This document shows positions 16,113-20,000 of a stretch of 20,000 nucleotides of DNA, piece by piece. A program made the translations under genes and the position numbers. The stretch is from an uncultured virus (IMG/VR IMGVR_UViG_3300027805_000001). Lineage: Duplodnaviria; Heunggongvirae; Uroviricota; Caudoviricetes. Numbering within the stretch: position 1 is the stretch's first letter; each line of letters begins with the position of its first letter. The stretch lies in the IMG/VR virus record IMGVR_UViG_3300027805_000001. One strand, written 5' to 3'. Below the pieces are notes generated by a model that was not told the DNA's origin, did not search any database, and was given only the letters and a program-made list of their open reading frames with translations.

Positions 16113-17000
16113 TTACTTGATACCTGCGAGGCGCTTCAGCTGCTCAATGCCTTCATTGACTTGAGCTGGCTTTGCTGTGGTGCCGGTAGCTGGATCTTCA
16201 CCAGTTACAACGGTCGTCTTTGTTCCACCGGCTTTAGATTCCGTCAGAGCGACCGCTGGTTGAGCCTCGTCTTCCTTTAGAATTCTGCCAATGAAAAACT
16301 TATATGATTCTTCTAGTCTAGATGTGTCTACGTTCTTAAGAATCATTGCCATCTGTTCACGCTTCTTGCCAGTAAGAGGAGACAGAACTTGTTCCATCTT
16401 CTGTTCGCGGATCATCTTGGCAATCTTTTCTTCGCTTTCGGCGAGAGCTTGCTCTGCATCGGCTAGCTTCTGCTCAGCAGCTGATAGCTGAGATTGAACT
16501 GCATCCTCGTCGACGTAGTGCTTGGCATACTCAGATGCGAAAGCCTCAAACATGCGACGACCGAACTCATTCTGCTTGACAACCTCAAGGTCTTCCTTGA
16601 GCTCGTCAAGCTCTGCTGTTAGGCGCATTTCAAAGAACGTGTCGATCTTGTCGACCAACTCATCTAACTCTGAAGCAACTTCAGCGGCGAGCTTGTGCTT
16701 TTCCTCAACCAGCTTTTCAGCGTATTCAGCCTCTAAATCACGAAAACGCTCGATGTCTCCTTTAAGCTCTGAAAGTTCCTTGGTAAGAGCTTCGGCAACA
16801 AAGGCATCAACCTTGCTGACAAGTTCCTCACGCTCGGAAATCCACTGCTCAGAAAGCTCTGAACGAACTTCCATTGAGACTTCTTCTCTGACTTGCGCCT
16901 TGAAGGTCTCAACTGAAGCTGTCCACTGCTGAGTGATTTCGGTTTTAGTTTCTTCGCTGAGAAGCTCGGACTGGAGCAGCTTATTCAGAATCTCGTCCAT
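16113..17000 (-). CDS. gp22: Prohead core scaffold protein, T4 gp22-like
   Basis: Acidic coiled-coil protein immediately upstream of the capsid gene. 'LLSEETKTEI...', 'LVSKVDAFV', C-terminal 'LKRLAGIK'. AAGGAG RBS. Confidence 0.85.
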   Translation of the reverse strand: MDEILNKLLQSELLSEETKTEITQQWTASVETFKAQVREEVSMEVRSELSEQWISEREELVSKVDAFVAEALTKELSELKGDIERFRDLEAEYAEKLVEEKHKLAAEVASELDELVDKIDTFFEMRLTAELDELKEDLEVVKQNEFGRRMFEAFASEYAKHYVDEDAVQSQLSAAEQKLADAEQALAESEEKIAKMIREQKMEQVLSPLTGKKREQMAMILKNVDTSRLEESYKFFIGRILKEDEAQPAVALTESKAGGTKTTVVTGEDPATGTTAKPAQVNEGIEQLKRLAGIK

Positions 17001-17084
17001 TGCATTCTCCTTTATATGGTTAAAATCACAGCTCGCGCTGCTTTGTTAAACAAGTTTCACATAATGAAACATTGTGCGTGTTTC

Positions 17085-17092
17085 TATTTATG
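17085..17092 (-). promoter_or_regulatory. Putative late promoter (CATAAATA) for the scaffold/capsid operon
   Basis: Intergenic, just downstream of a terminator and 84 nt upstream of ATG 17000. Confidence 0.65.
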
Positions 17093-17101
17093 CAGAAACA
17101 C

Positions 17102-17135
17102 AAAAAAGCCGCAAAAACTAGGTGCTTTTGCGGCT
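17102..17135 (-). terminator. Rho-independent terminator after the gp67-like gene
   Basis: On the minus strand, AGCCGCAAAA...TTTTGCGGC stem followed by TTTTTT. Confidence 0.8.
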
Positions 17136-17152
17136 CTGGGCCATCGATAGCC

Positions 17153-17359
17153 TCATTCTTCTTTACTGCCGTCAAGGGCAGCAAGCTCAGCATCTAAATC
17201 AAAGTCATCTTCAGATACGGTGCTTCCTAATCCAGCAACTTCCCGGGTCTTTGCTACAAAGTAGTCATGCATTGTTACCGCAGCTTCTTCTTCCTTACCG
17301 TTGATGATGCTCTGCAGCATTGACTTGAGTTGTTCCTTATGTTCCATATGGTTCTCCAT
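17153..17359 (-). CDS. Small acidic prohead core protein, T4 gp67-like (start may be ATG 17347)
   Basis: 'LKSMLQSIINGKEEEAAVTMHDYFVAKTREV' resembles the gp67-type helix pattern. Acidic C-terminus, located in the head module. GGAG precedes ATG 17347. Confidence 0.6.
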   Translation of the reverse strand: MENHMEHKEQLKSMLQSIINGKEEEAAVTMHDYFVAKTREVAGLGSTVSEDDFDLDAELAALDGSKEE

Positions 17360-17375
17360 CTAGTTGTGATAGATC

Positions 17376-17383
17376 TATTTACT
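17376..17383 (-). promoter_or_regulatory. Putative late promoter (AGTAAATA)
   Basis: TAAATA core 16-28 nt upstream of the gp67-like start codons. Confidence 0.55.
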
Positions 17384-17430
17384 TTGGGCCGGAGTAGTTT
17401 TCGTTAAACGGCATACGTTTTAAATGATGT

Positions 17431-18021
17431 TCATCTTGGATACTCCACGTCTGCATCTGAGAGCAACTGCTGCACATCTAAAGCTGCTCTAATTGAGCCA
17501 GATGGATTCGTCTTAAGGTACTCGTTAATCAAGTCATCTGCGTCTGGGAATGGGGTATCTATCAACGTTACCCCCTTTACAAGCAGGATATACAGCAGAC
17601 CTTCCTTGATTGGGTTGCCGTGACAGTAAAATACACCATTTATCTCTCTGATGATCTTGTGGATGTTCTTGAGGGATGTCAGCTTATTGCTGCTGCAGTA
17701 GAAAGCACCACCTACATGGGGCGGTGCACCCTCAAGGGATGTCAGCTTGTTGAGACTGCAGAAGAAGTCACCACCTACATGGGATGGTGCTCCTTCAAGG
17801 GATGTCAGCTGGTTGTCGTAGCAGGAAAAGTTATCACCTACATGGGATGGGGCACCTTCAAGGGATGTCAACTGGTTGTTACTGCAGCTGAAGCTACCGC
17901 CTACATGGGATGGTGCTCCCTCAAGGGACGTCAGCTGGTTGTTGTTGCAGCTGAAGCTACCGCCTGTGTACTTGATCTTCAGGTCGGCAACTGACTTCTG
18001 TTTTATCTCAAGTAGCTTCAT
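17431..18021 (-). CDS. Leucine-rich repeat protein, 5 x 21-aa units (last gene of the tandem array)
   Basis: Units GGxFxCxxN(Q/K)LTSLEGAPSHV fit the LRR LxxLxLxxNxL consensus. Conserved 19-aa N-leader and C-cap ending VEYPR. Confidence 0.93.
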   Translation of the reverse strand: MKLLEIKQKSVADLKIKYTGGSFSCNNNQLTSLEGAPSHVGGSFSCSNNQLTSLEGAPSHVGDNFSCYDNQLTSLEGAPSHVGGDFFCSLNKLTSLEGAPPHVGGAFYCSSNKLTSLKNIHKIIREINGVFYCHGNPIKEGLLYILLVKGVTLIDTPFPDADDLINEYLKTNPSGSIRAALDVQQLLSDADVEYPR

Positions 18022-18734
18022 CTTGGGTACTCCACGTCTGCATCTGAGAGCAACTGCTGCACATCTAAAGCTGCGCGAATTGAACCAGATGGATTCGTCT
18101 TAAGGTACTCGTTGATTATCATGTCTGCTTTTGGGCATAGGGTCTCTACTGATGTAACCCCCTTGATCAGCAGGATGTAGAGTAGCCCTTCTTTGATTGG
18201 GTTGCGGCGACACCAAAACACACCATTTATCTCCTTGATGATCTTGTGGATGTTCTTCAAAGATGTCAGCTGGTTGTTACTGCAGCTGAAGCTACCACCT
18301 ACATGGGATGGTGCACCTTCAAGGGAGGTCAGCTGGTTGCTGTAGCAGAAGAAGCTGCCACCTACATGGGATGGTGCTCCTTCAAGAGATGTCAGCTGGT
18401 TGTAGTTGCAGAAGAAGCTACCACCTACATGGGATGGGGTACCTTCGAGGGATGTCAACTGGTTGTTACTGCAGAAGAAGTCACCACCTACACGGGATGG
18501 TTCTCCTTCAAGGGATGTCAACTGGTTGTCGCTGCAGTCGAAGTCACCACCTACATGGGATGGTGCTCCTTCAAGGGATGTCAGCTTATTGTTGTGGCAG
18601 ACAAAGTTACCACCTACGTGGGATGGTGCTCCTTCAAGGGATGTCAACTGGTTGTCGCTGCAGTCGAAGTTACCGCCTGTGTACTTGATCTTCAGGTCGG
18701 CAACTGACTTCTGTTTTATCTCAAGTAGCTTCAT
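18018..18734 (-). CDS. Leucine-rich repeat protein, 7 x 21-aa units
   Basis: Same architecture; 238 aa = 196 + 2 x 21. ATGA overlaps with both neighbours. Confidence 0.93.
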   Translation of the reverse strand: MKLLEIKQKSVADLKIKYTGGNFDCSDNQLTSLEGAPSHVGGNFVCHNNKLTSLEGAPSHVGGDFDCSDNQLTSLEGEPSRVGGDFFCSNNQLTSLEGTPSHVGGSFFCNYNQLTSLEGAPSHVGGSFFCYSNQLTSLEGAPSHVGGSFSCSNNQLTSLKNIHKIIKEINGVFWCRRNPIKEGLLYILLIKGVTSVETLCPKADMIINEYLKTNPSGSIRAALDVQQLLSDADVEYPR

Positions 18735-19636
18735 CTTGGATACTCCACATCCGCGTCTGATAACAGCTGCTGCACATCTAAAGCCGCGCGAATTGAACCA
18801 GATGGGTTTGTCTTAAGGTACTCGTTGATGATCTCATCTGCGTCTGGGCAAGTAGTTCTTACTGCTGTTACCCCCTTTATAAGCAGGATGTACAGCAGAC
18901 CTTCTTTGATTGGGTTGTCGTAACACCAAAATGCACCATTTATCTCCTTGATGATCTTGTGGATGTTCTTCAGGGATGTCAGTTGGTTGCTGTAGCAGAA
19001 GAAGCTGCCACCTACGTGGGATGGCGCTCCTTCAAGAGATGTCAGCTTGTTGTTATTGCAGTAGAAGTCACCGCCTACATGGGATGGTGCCCCTTCAAGG
19101 GATGTCAGCTTGTTGTGGTTGCAGTAGAAGCCACCACCTACATGGGATGGGGCACCTTCAAGGGATGTCAGCTGGTTGTGGTTGCACCAGAAGTCACCAC
19201 CTACATGGGATGGGGCACCTTCAAGGGATGTCAGCTGGTTGAGACTGCAGACAAAGTCACCACCTACATGGGATGGTGCTCCTTCAAGGGATGTCAGCTG
19301 GTTATTGTGGCACCAGAAGACACCACCTACATGGGATGGTGCTCCTTCAAGGGATGTCAGCTGGTTGTCGTTGCAGTAGAAGCGACCACCTACGTGGGAT
19401 GGTGCCCCTTTAAGGGATGTCAGCTTATTGCCGCTGCAGCCGAAGTCACCGCCTACGTGGGATGGTGCCCCTTTAAGGGAGGTCAGCTGGTTGTTTTGAC
19501 AATAGAAGCCACCACCTACATGGGATGGTGCTCCTTCAAGGGATGTCAACTGGTTGCTGCTGCAGTCGAAGTCACCGCCAGTGTACTTGATCTTCAGGTC
19601 GGTAACTGATCTCTGGGTTATCTCAAGCAGCTTCAT
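18731..19636 (-). CDS. Leucine-rich repeat protein, 10 x 21-aa units
   Basis: Same architecture; 301 aa = 238 + 3 x 21. ATGA overlaps with both neighbours. Confidence 0.93.
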   Translation of the reverse strand: MKLLEITQRSVTDLKIKYTGGDFDCSSNQLTSLEGAPSHVGGGFYCQNNQLTSLKGAPSHVGGDFGCSGNKLTSLKGAPSHVGGRFYCNDNQLTSLEGAPSHVGGVFWCHNNQLTSLEGAPSHVGGDFVCSLNQLTSLEGAPSHVGGDFWCNHNQLTSLEGAPSHVGGGFYCNHNKLTSLEGAPSHVGGDFYCNNNKLTSLEGAPSHVGGSFFCYSNQLTSLKNIHKIIKEINGAFWCYDNPIKEGLLYILLIKGVTAVRTTCPDADEIINEYLKTNPSGSIRAALDVQQLLSDADVEYPR

Positions 19637-20000
19637 CTCGGATACTCCACAACCGCGTCTGAGAGCAACTGCTGTACATCTAAAGCCGCGCGAATTGAGC
19701 CAGATGGATTTGAGCTAAGGTACTCGTTGATGATCTCATCTGCGTCTGGGCAAGTAGTTCTTACTGCTGTTACCCCCTTTATAAGCAGGATGTACAGCAG
19801 ACCTTCTTTGATTGGGTTGTCGTAACACCAAAATGCACCATTTATCTCCTTGATGATCTTGTGGATGTTCTTGAGGGATGTCAGCTGGTTGTGGTTGCAG
19901 CTGAAGTTACCACCTACATGGGATGGGGCACCTTCAAGGGATGTCAGCTGGTTGTAGTTGCAGAAGAAGCCACCACCTACATGGGATGGTGCTCCTTCAA
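19633..20000 (-). CDS. Leucine-rich repeat protein, 5' end beyond the window (fourth array member)
   Basis: Not in the ORF track. Manual translation: ...EGAPSHVGGGFFCNYNQLTSLEGAPSHVGGNFSCNHNQLTSLKNIHKIIKEINGAFWCYDNPIKEGLLYILLIKGVTAVRTTCPDADEIINEYLSSNPSGSIRAALDVQQLLSDAVVEYPR*, with TGA at 19633-19635. Confidence 0.92.
   Translation of the reverse strand, partial: EGAPSHVGGGFFCNYNQLTSLEGAPSHVGGNFSCNHNQLTSLKNIHKIIKEINGAFWCYDNPIKEGLLYILLIKGVTAVRTTCPDADEIINEYLSSNPSGSIRAALDVQQLLSDAVVEYPR

Larger units (their letters stand above)
17671..20000 (-). repeat. 63-nt tandem coding repeats nested in tandem gene-scale duplications
   Basis: Coding-strand consensus GGT GGT nnn TTC nnn TGC nnn nnn AAC CAG CTG ACA TCC CTT GAA GGA GCA CCA TCC CAT GTA. 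24 variable segments are visible across four genes. Confidence 0.95.

Noticed and set aside
17620..19609. Plus-strand ORFs over the LRR array (e.g. 17620..17994, 18246..18707, 18959..19609)
   Set aside because: These are antisense shadows of stop-poor repeated coding sequence. The minus-strand frame has the LRR consensus, RBSs and coupled starts.
17671..20000. CRISPR array (regular conserved repeats with variable segments)
   Set aside because: The period is 63 nt and in frame within open ORFs. The variable parts are only four codons around fixed TTC/TGC codons and recur between units. No cas genes are present.
1..20000. Alternative genetic code (stop-codon reassignment)
   Set aside because: Conserved genes are full length under the standard code, and TAA, TAG and TGA all end genes at sensible positions.
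1..20000. Complete DGR (RT, template repeat, accessory gene), tRNA or rRNA genes
   Set aside because: No reverse-transcriptase motifs (e.g. YxDD in an RT context), no non-coding template copy and no tRNA/rRNA-like sequence were recognised in this window.

Overview
This is part of a large T4-like (myovirus/jumbo) phage genome, with almost all genes on the minus strand. It holds the head module (gp67-like core protein, gp22-like scaffold, gp23-like major capsid protein) and gp13-/gp14-like neck proteins enlarged by extra domains. It also has three free-standing endonuclease-type genes (HNH, GIY-YIG, HNH fused to a Hef/Mom-like domain) and a block of DNA/nucleotide-metabolism genes (DEDDh exonuclease, pyrimidine-dimer glycosylase-like protein, two MazG-like pyrophosphohydrolases). 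T4-type late promoter cores (TAAATA) sit upstream of most structural genes. The most striking feature is at the right end: a tandem, translationally coupled array of at least four paralogous leucine-rich-repeat genes. They are built from 63-nt (21-aa) units with near-constant scaffolds, four hypervariable positions, different unit numbers (5, 7, 10, >=2) and signs of cassette shuffling. These LRR proteins, and five other small proteins in two paralog clusters, start with N-termini resembling the T4 capsid-targeting sequence. This suggests a diversified repertoire of head-packaged, host-injected proteins (inference). All family assignments come from motif recognition by eye; no database searches were run.
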